This document shows positions 1-13,245 of a stretch of 64,000 bases of DNA, one piece after another. The notes beneath the pieces are model-generated. The model was not told where the DNA came from, did no database searches, and worked only from the letters and a program-made list of their open reading frames with translations. Both the position numbers and the translations under genes were made by a program. This DNA comes from Lama glama (Eukaryota), in assembly GCA_028534125.1 (NCBI GenBank), contig CM052845.1, forward strand, positions 5,704,001 to 5,768,000. Reading direction: 5' to 3'. Position 1 is the first letter of the stretch, and every line of letters starts with the position of its first letter.

Positions 1-220
1 ATGTGAGTGAGCCTGAACGTGAATTGTGCAGACCCAGTCAAGCCTTCAGACTGCAGCCTTGGCCAACAGCTTTCTATAACTTCATGAGAGACTCTGAACG
101 AGAATCACTCAGCTAAGCCGTGCTCAGATTCCTCGCCCTCAGAAGCTCTGTGAGATAATAAATGTGTGTTGTTTTAATCTGGTACATTCTATTATAATTA
201 GTTATATAATAACTAATACA
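1..220 (+). mobile_element. MaLR solo LTR, 3' part (MLT1D/E-like)
   Basis: Contains aagccttcagactgcagcc, cagctaagccgtgctcagattcct and gagataataaatgtgtgttgtttt, and ends in ataactaataca, the typical MLT1 LTR terminus. Truncated by the window start. Confidence 0.85.
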
Positions 221-1404
221 AGAATGAAACCATGGAACATCTCTGTGTCTACTTTTCCTACCTATAAAATAATATGACATATTTTTACCTACCTCATAGA
301 AATAGCTTCTACATAAATTATAGTAACAAACTGTTGCTAATATGTGACCATTTAGTAAGGAAAATATTATTTAAGTATAAATTTTTTATCATTCCAAATA
401 GAAACCTTTTATTTTTAAATGATCACAGCTGTCAGGATCATAACAATGCTTGTTTTTGGAAGGAAAGAGACTGCGATTTTTTTTCTTTAGTCCAGCAACA
501 AAAATGGTATGCATTTATTGATGCAATTATATTTTACTTTCTTCCACAAAGGCACGACAATTTTTTGTCTCAGATCTTTTTATACGCAGTTAATTTTTTA
601 ATCCCATTTGGTCCTCTGCAAAAGCGTAGTATCAGTAAGGAGCTTTACTTATCACAGGCCTTGCCTTCTAGACAACCTTCAGTCCTGATGGGATTCCTCA
701 AGACTTAGTGTCAAATTGGTTTTGTTTTTGCCTTGGTTGAGTTAAATACCTATAGAATTCAAACAGACACTCTTGAAAGTCAGTTGGAAAGCATTCGAAG
801 ATGGATGTTTAGCAGTTGAATGAGAATTTTTCAGGAGTCATGACTTGTTCATATAACCTCTCCTGACTGAATATTCTCTGGTCTCTTCCAAGGTATTTGG
901 TAAAGTCTGCAGCCTTTAATTGCTTTGCCTGACATGGGGCAGGCAATCTTTTGCTATCAATGTCTTGATGACACATAGCTTTGCTTACTTGTGGGTGTCT
1001 TCTCTTTGTTTTTCCTGTCATGTACGTTTTATATCATAAATTTATACTATGAAGATCGGTTTCTCTGCTCCTCTGCATACACAATGATTTTTCGTTTTAA
1101 TGCAACATCTTAGTGCCATTTTTCTGAAAACATTTTAAGCTAAATTTAGAAATCCAAATATAAAACTCAGTAATTCTTGGTGCTATTAATGCAAATATTA
1201 CCATAAGATGATAACTAGGTAAATGGATACAGTCTCGCCTTGTATCAGTTTACAAATACAAACAACGGCACTTTTGTCAAGGTGTCCATCTTCTAAGAAT
1301 GTTCACATTTGAATGAAATATGTTGTAAATTGGGGGAGTAATACAGTGACTGCCTACCCTAGAGGGTGCACTTTCATACAATTCTATATTTAAGTTTACC
1401 CACA

Positions 1405-1552
1405 GCCCTTCTGGGTTTCAGATGAGGAACTAATGCTCACAAAGGTTAAGTAACTTGTTCAGGAACACAGGATATGAGAGGTCAAGTCAGAATTTAATTT
1501 GCATTTTCCCCCTCCAAATATCATGCTCATTCTAGCATACGCTTGCTGCCTC
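1405..1552 (-). mobile_element. MIR SINE fragment
   Basis: cagatgaggaactaatgctcacaaaggttaagtaacttgttcagg is the reverse complement of the MIR core. Confidence 0.75.
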
Positions 1553-2684
1553 AAATGATATTATTGATTTTACTGAAGTCTTTAGCAATATTGGTGAGAA
1601 AAACTTGTTTACTTTCAGCTTAGGGAATGAAAAAAAATTGATACTCCTGTTGTCTTGTTGATCACTCTGTAACTGAACTCACACTCTGTGTGCAAGCTTT
1701 TCCTGAGAAAACTTCACACCTTTTCATTTCAAAGTTCTAGCTTTGGTTTCAGAGAGCAGTGTAAAAAAGGAATAAGTAAAAGGGATTACCAGCAGGGAAG
1801 TCTAAGATTTTTCTGGAAAATAATTGATTTCACCCATTAGGACTCAAAAAAGTTGTGTCTGAAATTGTTGATGCCAGATATTGTCTGTGGACAGCTTACA
1901 GATGAGCTGCTGTTGTGCCTTAAAAATAATCTGCATATGTGAATGAGGGGGTCCTTAGAGGTACATGCATCTGCTCATAGAATTGCACATGTCATGAAGG
2001 AAGAATTTTTATTCTATTGTCTTTGTTCACAGGATTTCTTTCTGGTTACTCAAATAAGAGTTTTTAATTAAGAGGACTCTACAGAGGGACTGTATGATTC
2101 AAATAAGGGCAAAATTCCACAGAGACAGTTTAGCAATTCAGGGTGATATGTTGGCTATAGTTATGAAAACCATTTTTCTAAATAGTTAGCTGCTGCTTTA
2201 TTTAACTTTCTGGTCAACCTGCACCTATTACAAAATCTCACATTACATCTACTTTGTATATCTTACTCTGCCTGTAGAAAATATGATAGAGTTGAAACAG
2301 CTCTTTTGGACGGCAGTTAAAGTCATCATTTGCCTTCCAGATGCAATAGGGGGCCTTTTGTAATTTGGGTATTTAGTTTGAAATTTTATGTTGATACCAC
2401 CTTTTTTAGATTAAAACTTTATTTTTGTGCCTACATCAAAAATGTTTATTATTGTCTAATTTCTTCCAAAATAAAGAAGATGCCCAAAAAACCCTAAGAG
2501 AATTGTATATATATAAATTGTTTGGATAGTAAATTATCAATACTGAAAAAAAAAGGTCAGATTGTAACATACTAGAATTTGTAGAAGTCATGTTGACCAG
2601 CTTCTAGTTGAGGAAATTGAGTTCAGTCAAAGTAATATGCTACTCAACCTTGTACTTTTTAATGTTGAGTTTATTCTCTGTTGA

Positions 2685-3633
2685 CACTATTCCTCTGGTG
2701 ATTCCATCAAGCCTCATGGCTTTAAATTGATTATATCCAATGTGGAGGCCTTGACCTTCCCACCAAAGACCGTTACTCCCTCGGGCTCCCCCATTTCAGT
2801 GAAAGGCCATTGACTCTTCTAGTTCCTTGGGCCAAAACATGTGGAGTCATCCTTGATGACTTTCCTTCTCTCTCTTCTCTCTCATCAGCAAATACTGTTA
2901 GCTCTACCTTCAGAATAGACACAAATAGTCTTCACCCCTTACTCCCTCCACTGCCCTATTCCTGTCCATGTCAACATCATCTATCGCATACACCATTTCA
3001 GGTGCCTCCTAACGCTTCTCCCTTCTTCCACCTCTGTCCTTCTAAGTCTACTTTGACACAACAACCTGAGTGATTGTGTTAAACCCCAAGTTAGCGTATG
3101 TTCCACCTCTAATCAAAACACTCCAAAGACTTCCCTTTACACCCAGAGTAAAAGCGAAAGTCCTGCAGAGGCTGTGGGACCTGCACCCATCCTTTATGGC
3201 TTCTCCCCCTCGTATTGCTAACCTCTTCTGCAGACTTCTACTGTTTGCACTTGTACTCACTCTGCTCTGGTCTCACTGGTGCCTTGCAGTGAGTCCTTTG
3301 AATGTGCCAGGCAGGGCCCCCTATCATATACCTTTGCCTTATCCTGGAACATGGTTCTCTCAAATTCTCATGTGGCTAGCTTCCTGCCTGTCTTCAAATT
3401 CATGCCTAGATGTCACTTTCTCAGTGAGATCTTCTCCAATCACACTCTTTAGAATTATAATCCCAGTTCCAGTGTTCCCTAGCTCCCTCCCCTGCTTTAT
3501 TTGCTTCTCTAATTACAGTGAAAGCTTCATAAAGGCAAAGCTTATAGCTGTTTTGTTCAATAATGTATTCCTAGAGCAAAGCATATTGCATGGCATATAG
3601 TCTGTGTTCCATGAATAATTTGAATGAGTGAAT
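2685..3633 (+). mobile_element. L2 LINE 3' region
   Basis: L2 motifs ctcatggctttaaat, ggagtcatccttga and tcagcaaatactgttagctctaccttcag, ending in gaatgagtgaatg. Explains the chance ORFs at 2810-3600. Confidence 0.85.
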
Positions 3634-4569
3634 GGTTTTCATTCATTTCTAGTAATCAGTACATTAGAGCTTTAGGAAGAATACCTGAGCACCATGTCCT
3701 CACTTAGCATATATGTCTATAAAATCATTACCCAATAAGAAATCTTGTTTGTTGGACATGAATCATTGTTGGCTTATTAATGACTTTTTAGTTATTTAAT
3801 GATTTGAAGGCTGTGGTACCATGTAAACAGTTTTTCCATTCATAAAGTGCCAAAGTCACCTCAGGAGCGAATGCCGCTCTGGGCCATGTGAAGGTATACT
3901 TTGTATCTTTGAAAGAAAATGATCAGAAATTACCTTCGTTGATAGTTGTGGTTTAAAATGGTGTTGTAGATGGGGGAGGGGAGATGGTAGACATCAGAAT
4001 GACACTCTCAGTTACAGATTAGAGGAATTATAACTTGTAGTTTTAAAATAACATGTTTAAGTCTAATAAAGGACAGTTGCAGAAATCCACTTGACATTTG
4101 CTTAAGACTACTCAAACCTTAGCCCCCACTTAAACTGTCTCTTCAGGTGACTCTTAATGCATCATGTCACAGCATTTATGCAAGCAGTTAACTTATTTAT
4201 AAATACAGGAATCTAAGTAACTATGAATAAGTTATGAGGTCTCTTGTGGAAGGAGTCTGCTCTATATTTCTCTAAACTTGTCAGAGGACTGGAGACTCCA
4301 TACTCAAATGATAGCTGATTTGATTGAAAGCCAATTCAGATAAAGAATGTGGATATTTACTTAGAAAACTCTGTCAGTGCTCTGTGTATCTGAGCCCAGT
4401 GTAAAAATGTTTCCTTCATTTTTATCAGTTTCATGCAATGCTGCATTGGTTGCTGCCCATTTTTTAGCACAAATTCCTAGCAGCCAGGATTTTTGGCTGT
4501 TGAACTTTTCTCTGAACAGAAGTATGTGCAAAAGAATGTTTAATAAATGCATTAGACAATGATTGCCTA

Positions 4570-4705
4570 CGTTTAATATTTATTGAGCACCAATAGGGAC
4601 CTTGAGACCTCGGCCCAGGATGAAAAGCTTAAAAAAAAAAGCCTATACCTAATTAAGAAAAACACGGTCCCTGCTCCCAAGAAGCTTATCTGCTAAAGCA
4701 GACCA
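4570..4705 (-). mobile_element. L2 3' end fragment
   Basis: aatatttattgagcacc ... cacggtccctgctcccaagaagcttat. Confidence 0.6.
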
Positions 4706-5959
4706 CACCGGTGTGGGTGCACAGAGAAAATTAATTTTTTTTTTAGCAAAGTGCAGAAAACAACCACCGCCTTTATGAAATTGCAGGATTTATCTTCTTC
4801 TCTCTTAAACTTGTTTTCTTTGTGAGGGTCTCATGTTAAATGCCTGGCAAAGAATGAAGGTAGAGGAGCCTGGAAAAAGGACAAGGGGATGAGGCAATGA
4901 AATAACAGGATGGTGACAGATGGCGAGGCAGTAGGCTATATGGCCCGAGGGAAGGAGCAGTTGGGGAAGAAATAGAATTCCTGGAGGTGGTTGCTGTGTT
5001 TTCTATATTTTTAAATAATTATGACCTACATCATCATCATGATGAATGAATCTTTAAGATCAGGTTGCAAAGGAGACCAAATCAGGACGAATCATAGGTT
5101 GATCTCTTTTCGGCATGCTAAAAAGCACAGCTGTGCTGAGGGCAGGATTGGCATGCATCTAAAACATAGCAAAGTTTATTAGGAATGGCTTCCTAATGCA
5201 TCCATATTTATCTTGCCAGAGATTAGAGAATTGAGGATAAACTGGGAAATCATGACAAACTATGGTTCTGTTTATACCTCCAAAGCAAACATCAGTATAT
5301 GTTAGTTTATTTTCATCCCGCGTCTTGACTATAACAGGGTCAATGCAGGAAAGTTTTGGTTATGTGTGGAAAATGCATCTAGTTGCATAATAAACATGCA
5401 ATTTTTCAATTAAGTGAGAAGAATTTTAGTTCCGAGTTGACATGTTCCAAAAGTTATCGTTTGCCATATTAATTGGTGTTTGATCTTTGTGTGATCATTT
5501 CATTCTGGTTTCCCAGATCAGGACGATAGTGAATTAGAGGCATAAGACTAAGTCAAAATCCAAAGGAAAGGCTGGAAGTGCAGTTTGGGAGAAGCCAAAC
5601 AAATGTTAATCCCCCAAATCACAGAGAAATAAAAGGCAGAGACAATAATGATTATCCAAGGTGAAAGGAAATAACAAGATAGAGGTGGTAAGAACTGCCA
5701 AGGATGCAAATGCCCAATCACGTTCTTGAAGCCAGTGATTCCTGGGCAGAGTCGATCTTAGATTAAACCATAAAAGGCATTGTAGTGCGGCTGGTATATA
5801 CTTACCCACGTGAGAACGAACACACACACGCACACGCATATCCCTCACACAGCCTCACTCACTGCGTCAATTAAAGAAATTAATATCTGAATAAAGTTGA
5901 GGAAAGACTACAGATTCAAGGATATTCAACAAAATGATATGACTCCTTTGTCACAGAAA

Positions 5960-6320
5960 GTCTTTGGGAAGCTGAAAGCCCTTTCCCTCTGCTTGAATTC
6001 GCTGTTGCTGGTCCCTCTGTCAACTGTCTCCTATTTTGCAGTCAAATTCTATTCTATTTCAGGGTCTCTCAAAAGCCACCTATTGCTGTCTTTTACCTGA
6101 TTCTCCCAAATGAACATGATTTCTTGTCTCTGACCCCTCAATATTTTGTTTTGCTGCTTCATAGGAAATGTATTATAGCCACTGTTATTTTTCTATTTGT
6201 CTGTTTCTCTTAAATAGAATAGAAGCTCGTTAAAGTGAGACTTACTCATCATCACATATCCTGAAATGCTTATTAGCATTGAATACCTGCATCTCATCAG
6301 GAGTCAGTACAATTTTGTTG
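5960..6320 (+). mobile_element. Degenerate L2 3' fragment
   Basis: tcaaattctattctatttcagggtctctcaaaagccacc ... tagaatagaagctc resembles the L2 3' end. Confidence 0.45.
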
Positions 6321-6774
6321 TGACATTTGTAAATGTGGAGGCAAAGACCTGGCTTTAAGCATATACCTGGAAGGTCGTGTGACCCCTTATCCCATCTCCC
6401 ACCTGTGTCTTGCTTCACCCACTTGATAATCTTTAGGTGCCCATTGTAATGAAGACCCTCCTCTCGTACTAATAATCTATAGAATAGGACTCACAGGATA
6501 TTTTGGATAAATTATGGACAAGGAGATAAAAAGAAACATCTCTGTATTAAGCAGACATTTTACTAGAGAAATGTGTAACTGTATTCTTTCAGGGAAAAAA
6601 CTGTATTCACACAGTGAAGATCAAGATATACCATTCCATTTGAATTCCATTTGATGTCATGTGCATCCTAGAACTGTCTTTCAGATTCACCTTTCCTCCT
6701 GAGATACAGCTACATCCTGGATCTGACTGTTCACTCTCACTTCTGGCAGTATGGTTGACATAGTCTTGAGTCAT

Positions 6775-7000
6775 CTTAAAATATTTATTAAGCTTTCAAT
6801 TTGTGCTAATCCCTGCAAGGTGTACAGAAACGAATCAGACACGGATCTGATTCCTGAAAGCTTCCTAATGTGGTAGGGGGCCCAGGTCTACGTGAAGAGA
6901 GAGATTAGTGCCATGAAATTTGCAAGGGGGTGGAGGTGGAGGAGGCATCCGCTTTAAGGCCTGAAGGATAGGCACAATTTTAATGAGAAGGTAGCAGAAG
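6775..7000 (-). mobile_element. L2 3' end fragment
   Basis: atatttattaagc ... gaatcagacacggatctgattcctgaaagcttcc ... ggaggaggcatccgct. Confidence 0.55.
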
Positions 7001-7709
7001 GAACAGTCCATTGAGGACATAGCAACTGTTAGAGGAAATGGACTATCGTGGCATGTGTCTCCCAGGCAGAAACATACCTGAAAGTGTCCAGGAGGATGTC
7101 TGCTCTCCAGAAATGTATCCCATGTCATCTTTCTTCTGGAAGGTGGACTATAAACCATTTCTTTATTGTCTTCATTTTCCTGTCAAATGGAACACTTTAC
7201 ATGTGAACTAAATCCGTGACTACAGAGTAACTGGAACTCTTAGAGAAAAAAATGTGCAAGATAAATCTAATAAGGTGAGATGATCTTTCTATCTGGAAAG
7301 ATAACCTTTCCAGTCTTTTCAGCCTTTGAGTGGTAAAGATATAGTTTTTTGTTTTTATTTTTGTTTTTTTTGTTTTTCTTGGGGAAGAGGTGGGAGGTGT
7401 GAAGCAATAAAAAGCTATTCTGTGTAGCCCTGGGAGGTCTCTGTTCAGTAGTTAGTAGCACATGGCTGGCACTTGAGATTGAGGGTTTGGGGAGTTAACC
7501 AGAGTGCAGTAAAGCTTGGAGGAAAGGTTCCCTTGGGGAATTAGACATTTTAGTGGGACAATGAAATTTCATTGACTGAGAAGGGCTAAACAAAAACTTT
7601 TACCAAAGGTTCTGAGAAGTGGAAAGAGGTCTGGGAGAACTGTGAGGCAGGGGAAAAGTATTCCTTAATGCACCACACACTCTAGTTTGTTAGAGGAGGC
7701 ACTCTCCCT

Positions 7710-7920
7710 TCTGCCCTGGTCTGCCTAAGCCCAGATCAATTGCCTTCACCCAACACCTGATTTGGAGGCCCCGACTCTTCCTGACTGGTGCCTCAATTGT
7801 TGGTATCTGCTGTTGACAGTCTGGGCTGGGACCTCTGTTGTCGTAGCTACTCAAGGCTTCGAGCTGCCAGAGCATCTCCCCTGGTGCAGTGGTCCCCTTC
7901 TCCTAGAGACAGGCTTTCCC
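7710..7920 (+). mobile_element. Possible ERVL LTR fragment (LTR16/LTR33-like)
   Basis: gcccagatc ... tgctgttgacag ... ccccttctcctagagac resembles LTR16-group consensus. Heavily diverged. Confidence 0.35.
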
Positions 7921-8265
7921 TGTGTTCTCAGCTGAGATTTAGATAAACCTAACAATTCCTGGACTACGGACTAATTGAAGAGGGCTAGATGATACCTATA
8001 GGATCTTTTCTTTTCTCAAGGAACAAAGTCTTTTGAAGAGCATCTCTTAATAGTGTGTTGTTTATGTCAGGTAATAATGGTGGTAATAACACTGTTGACG
8101 GTGATAATAGTAGTAGTAATAACATTAATGATAGAAAACCCCAATAGCACTTACTACGTCCCAGGCACCATTTTAAGCGCATTATATAAATTAGGTCAGA
8201 TGACCCCCCCCCCCAAAAGAAACAATGGGTAGGATAAAGCCTTACAGTATTACTTACGTAGATCC

Positions 8266-8876
8266 TGTAGCAGAGACTGGCTAGATGCTCAAAAACATAT
8301 TTCCTCTTCCTGGACACATGGGAAGATTCCATTTCCTGGACTTCTTGCAAATAGGCAGGGACTTTCTGGCTGATAGAAATTAGAGACAAGGGTTTCACGT
8401 CACTCCCTGGCTGGGCCGTAACATGTCATGAGCAATTCTTGACATTCTTCTCTCTTGGATGGTAGGACACAGAGGATTTGGTGGGAGACTCCAAGGAGAC
8501 CCTCATGCAGTCTTTCAGCTGAGGTTCTGTGAGCAAGTTAAAGCCCATGGAAAATTATTAGTGTGACTATTTCCTCAGTTCTTCCCAGGATGGTCCCTGG
8601 TTAGTAGATGGAGAAGAAAGATGTTAACTCATTCCACTCATGGATGCCTTAAGTCATTAGATCTTAATTTTTTCCTGGACTCTGAAGAAGTCTCCCCTGG
8701 GTGATAATGGTGCCATAAAGTGGACAGGCCCTGGATTCCTGAGTCACTGCTTGGCAGGGAATTGCCAGGGACTTTCACACTTAGCTTCACAGAAGGAAAA
8801 ATTAAGCAATTGTTTGTGCATGAAATTTGGGAGTTTAAGTCTTATCACAGCCTAGCCTAGCCTACTGGGTAATCCA
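8266..8876 (+). mobile_element. MaLR solo LTR (MLT1J-like), interrupted by a hAT MITE
   Basis: Starts tgtagcagagactggcta ... catttcc ... cttcttgca. Resumes at gccctggattcctgagtcactgcttgg and ends cagcctagcctagcctactgggtaatcca. Confidence 0.75.
8508..8693. mobile_element. hAT-Charlie MITE (MER112-like) nested in the MLT1J LTR
   Basis: gtgactatttcctcagttcttcccaggatggt ... ggatgccttaag ... cttaattttttc matches the recalled MER112 consensus. Confidence 0.6.
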
Positions 8877-9279
8877 TCTCCCAACCAGCTTTGTCAGGAG
8901 GAATGTTCCTCCTCTGTTCTTTAAGGTGTACCCACATTAAAGTGTGTCTGCGATGAGAGAAACTTGTGTGTAACTTTCCTATTCTGTTTGATCATCACTG
9001 TACCACGTGCTTCCTTTGTCCCACTCTTCCTCAGGCACTTTATGGTATCAGGAGCAGGATGATTCAGTCTGGCTTGAAGTAAGGTCATCTACAAAGATGA
9101 TAATAGAAAATTTGTCCCAAGTGGTGGAAGACATGGTGAAAAGACAAAGCTAAGAAAGACAGAAAAAACCTAGAGAGAAACACTTACAATTCTGAAGAGA
9201 AGGGAATATTCAGCAATGTGCCCATTGTTCCAAGAGACTGTAAATTTTTTCCTATTGCTTTAATGTTAATGAGAATCAG

Positions 9280-9765
9280 TGTTACCGAACCAAACCTGGG
9301 TCTGCTCTCCTGTGCACAGTAAAGCCAATCTACTGACACCGGGTGGTGGTGAAGGGGAGTGCAGTGTTTATTGCAGGGCACCGAGCGAGGAGTTCAGGAC
9401 AGCAATTGCTCACACAGCCTGAACTCCCCGATGGGTTTCAGCAAAGCAGTTTCAAAGGCCAGATGAGGGAGAGGAGTCACAGAGTGTGTGATCAGCTGGT
9501 GCAGGGTTCTCTGATTGGTTGATGGTGAGGTAACAGGGCAGTGTCACAGGGGTTAACATTGTCAATCCTCAGGATCCGGTAGGTCTGGGGGCTACATGCT
9601 CATGATCATCAGGTAGTTCATTTCTTCCACTTGGTGGGGGTTTTAGCATCTGTAAAACAACTTGGGTAATGTGCATCAGATGTTGGTACTCCAGAAAGGA
9701 GCTAAAGCAGAGGATTTGGGGTGAGGTCTGTCCTGGGAAGGTCCCATAGGTCCTGCTTGGTTCCA
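9280..9765 (-). mobile_element. ERV1 solo LTR (cetartiodactyl MER41-like family)
   Basis: TG...CA termini (tgttacc ... ggttcca). Minus-strand AATAAA (tttatt ~9367) and CCAAT box (ctgattggtt ~9511). Related to the LTR at 44985. Confidence 0.85.
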
Positions 9766-10704
9766 GGAGGGTGAGATCGTTAAGACACTGAAACATAGAC
9801 TCAGTTAAATCCTAACTCTAAAGGAGGTGAATTTTATGGTTTGAATCTGGTGTGGGTGGGAGAGGGCAATGTAGACAGCAATGTTTTATGGACCCAAAGG
9901 TGTCCTAAACCCTGCCGGTCACCTCATATTAGCAGGAAAACCAAGGAAGCAGGAGAGGAGAGGCCAGTGCACCTGACCTTCCAGCAGCTGATTCCAAGTC
10001 TTTTCTTCTCTAGGTGGGAAGTTGGGCTAAAGGTGAGATTTGACAGTGGTTAGGCAGCATTCACTTGTGCCCCGGTCCCCTCAAGCCTTGTGGAGTGGAC
10101 GGAATAACATTACATTTAGTGGAAGCGTAGGCATTCTGCTTTCGAGGTGGGTGGGCACAGAGGTTGGAACAGAGCCCTCCTACACAGAGAAGTTGACAGT
10201 TGCCTTATTGTTCCACGTGTTCCTAACTAAAGTTTACCGTACTTGAGCAGAACTCAATTAATTTTATATTCCTTTTAGACCCCTGCATCCCTCCTCAGTC
10301 GTACCTAGGAAAGCTTTCAGCATTTAATAGGTGCTGAGATGGATTTATTGATCTCCACAGGTGACAAATTGCATGCAGTCATTATGTGTGACTCATATTT
10401 ACTAATGGTTAGAAAAATAATGACTAACTGTAATTTTGAAGACTAACATGGAATTTGGAGCTCTTGATTTAAAGACGTTGCTCCAAAATTTTATTATGAA
10501 GGCAGTCTTTATTGTGTGAGCAATCATACACTGCTTAAAGCCTCCAGTTTATAACAATGAGAACGTTAAGTTTATAGCATGAATATTAAAATATTTGAAT
10601 TTTTTAATAATGCAAAGCAGTAAACACTTTTGAATTTAACTCTTTTCTTCTTACTCCTCCTACTTCATTTGAATAAATTGTCACTTAAAATGTTTTTCAT
10701 AGCA

Positions 10705-10796
10705 GTGATCATTTCGTAAGCATGTAAATGTTAAATCACTTTGTGTACTTGGAACTAATATAGTGTTGTAGGTCGATTATATATCAATTAAAAAAG
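10705..10796 (+). mobile_element. L1 extreme 3' end stub
   Basis: gtgatcatttc ... gtacttggaactaatatagtgttgtaggtcgattatatatcaattaaaaaa. Confidence 0.75.
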
Positions 10797-11629
10797 TTTA
10801 TCTATAATATTTTCCTTTTAGTACCAAGCCTCCAGATAGGAAGTGTATCCTCATTTCAGACTCCTCATTTAGTACCCATACGGTGTCATTCATTCCTGGA
10901 GTTTTAATATAAATAGTATTTGTTGAAATAAATGTGAATTTTCAATCGCAAAAACTTATTGGGTATCTTTTATTTTTTAGGCAGTGTGTCAACTGCTTTT
11001 GGCCACGAGAAAACATAAGGAAAAAGGAAATTCATGTTAAGATACAAGAGTAATTGGGGGAAAGAACATTGCTACTTCTTAAAGAGAAGTTTTGCAAAAT
11101 TTTTATAAGTTCATGCATGGAACATTCAGCTCCCTTCAGCATGGTGTGGAATTAAGTCCTAATTTCCATTCTGAAGGGCCCCTCCACCTGTCATTTCTAA
11201 ATAAGGGGAATGACTGGCTAACTTAGTTGATTCGAGAACACAGGCCTAGGGCTTTGTGGCTTCAGAGCTGACCTTGTTGCTAACTTCACTCATTTCAGTG
11301 ACACAAAATGTGCCCACCCCCAGTCCCCTAAGCCTACAACAGTGCCACTCAAGGTGTGGTTGGGAGTGGGGGGCACTAATGGACCATAAAGAAAGTGAGC
11401 ATAAACATGGAGAAAGCCTTTAGAAACCTTTATAGCATTTTACAGAGTAACTGTATGCATGTTGAATTCTAATGATTATTTAAGAATTGGAGTTCTTGTT
11501 GGATAGCTTTTCTTTTTCTACTAACTGATTTTCAGTGTCATTTAGAACAGCATTTGCTCACAGTATATTATAGAACAAAATAATTCTCTGACCATAGATG
11601 GTTTGAGAACAGTTGGCATGGATACAAGA

Positions 11630-11825
11630 ATGTGCCTTAGAGGTAGAGTGTGTGAGTTCAAATGTCATCTGCATTGTTTTCTAATTGTGTGATACTAGGC
11701 AAATTGCTTAAGTTCTCTGTGCTTTTGTTATTTCACCATGGGGACAACGTTGGTGTTACCTCCTAGGATTGTTTGAGGATGTAAAGCACTTAGAACAGAG
11801 TCTGGTACATTGTGAGGGCTCTTAG
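11630..11825 (+). mobile_element. MIR SINE
   Basis: gagttcaaat ... tgtgtgatactaggcaaattgcttaagttctctgtgc ... gtaaagcacttagaacag. Confidence 0.8.
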
Positions 11826-12537
11826 TATCCCTGGATACTAAGGGGACGAGGCTGTAGCATGGCAGCTTAGTCATGACAAGAATCCAGGAGGGCAGAATCT
11901 AGGAGAAAGCCCTGTTAGCCCGCTGCATCCTGCAGTGATTCCCTCCAGAAATAGCCTTCTGGATATGTGGAAGGGGTCTAACCCTTCACAAATATATCTT
12001 AAGAGTTTCATAGTCTTATAACAGCTTGTCAATGGATGGTAACAACTGTACAAAAGCTAACTAAGTCTAGGATACAGATGTGAATAACTATTTCTGACTC
12101 TTTTCTAATTCACCTCCTTCCTCCTGATTCAGGTAGATGAACCACAAATTTTGTCCATACCCACCCTTTAGAGACAGAAGTGTTCAGTCCTTTCTTATAC
12201 TTCTCAGTCTAAGAGATCAGTCTCTGTTCCTTTCTCTTAGGTTTGTTTTGTGAAGTAATGTGAGTGCAGGATGTGTTTGATTCCTGTGTCATCCCCCCGC
12301 CCCCCTACCAGTTTTCCTCCTACTACTCTTGACCAATTACATCATCATCCTCTCATGTACCTCTTTAATGGTAAGTGCATTCAATCAAGGACTAAAATCT
12401 CCTGCCATTCAGAGGAAAAAGGCAAGGTTAAGAACTGGAGACTTGAAAAATTTTTCGGTTATTTGTCTAGTTTCTGAGTTTCTGGAAGGATGGACCTAAT
12501 TGTTTATATATTTGAGTGGTGTGTTTGGGTCTTGGTT

Positions 12538-12569
<32 letters not shown>
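12538..12569. repeat. (TTG)n microsatellite
   Basis: About 10 consecutive TTG units; source of the poly-Cys in ORF 12500-12781. Confidence 0.95.
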
Positions 12570-12570
<1 letters not shown>

Positions 12571-12679
12571 TTTCTTTTCCAGCTCTGTGATCTTGGACAA
12601 GTCACTGAAATCTGAGTGTCAGTGTTCTCGTTGCAAAATGATAATCATTTTGAATTACATGGCTCTTGTTATAAGTCAT

Positions 12680-13245
12680 AATAGCCACCATTTAATGAGA
12701 GAGGCTCTGTATTCTATGAAGTGTGGGATTTATGTAGAATACTTAAATTACATATGGATTTTAATCCAAACAATGACTTAGGAATGTAGGCATGATTACC
12801 CTCCGATTTATAGATAGAGAAACTTGAGTTTGAACAGCATTATTATTTTGTGTGTGTGTGTACTTATTTATTTATTTTGTTTTTTTTAAGAATTTTTTTC
12901 TTTTTTAAATTGAACTATAGTCAGTTTACAATGTGTCGATTTCTAGTGTACAGCATCCTGTTTCAGTCATGCATATACATACATATATTCTTTTCCATAT
13001 TCTTTTTCATTAGGGGTTATTAGGGGATATTGAATATAGTTCCCTGTGCAATACAATAAAACTTTGCTGTTTATTTTATGTACAGTAGTTAGTGTCTGCA
13101 AATCCCATACTCAGTTTCTCTCTCCTCACCCACTTTCCCCCTGGTAACCATAGTTTGCTTTCTATGTAAAGAGCATTAGTAATTAGATCTAGGTAACACA
13201 ACTCGTAAAGAGCAGAGCTGGGGTTTGAACTGAGATCTCTGAGAA
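12680..13245 (-). mobile_element. MIR split by a younger L1 insertion
   Basis: Left half ends at atttatagatagagaaacttgag (to ~12845). Right half starts at agtaattagatctaggtaacaca ... agagctggggtttgaactgag (from ~13169). Confidence 0.7.
12846..13168 (-). mobile_element. 5'-truncated L1 3' end (cetartiodactyl/camelid type) with TSD
   Basis: ttgaactatagtcagtttacaatgtg ... gtgtacagca ... atatagttccctgtgc ... ggtaaccatagtttgctttctatgt. TSD aacagcattatta (12833-12845) vs aagagcattagta (13169-13181), 11/13. Confidence 0.85.

Noticed and set aside
12241-12259. 19-nt microexon (ctttctcttag|...|gtgagt)
   Set aside because: Not frame-preserving, weak exonic side of the donor (AAT), and nothing else supports it.
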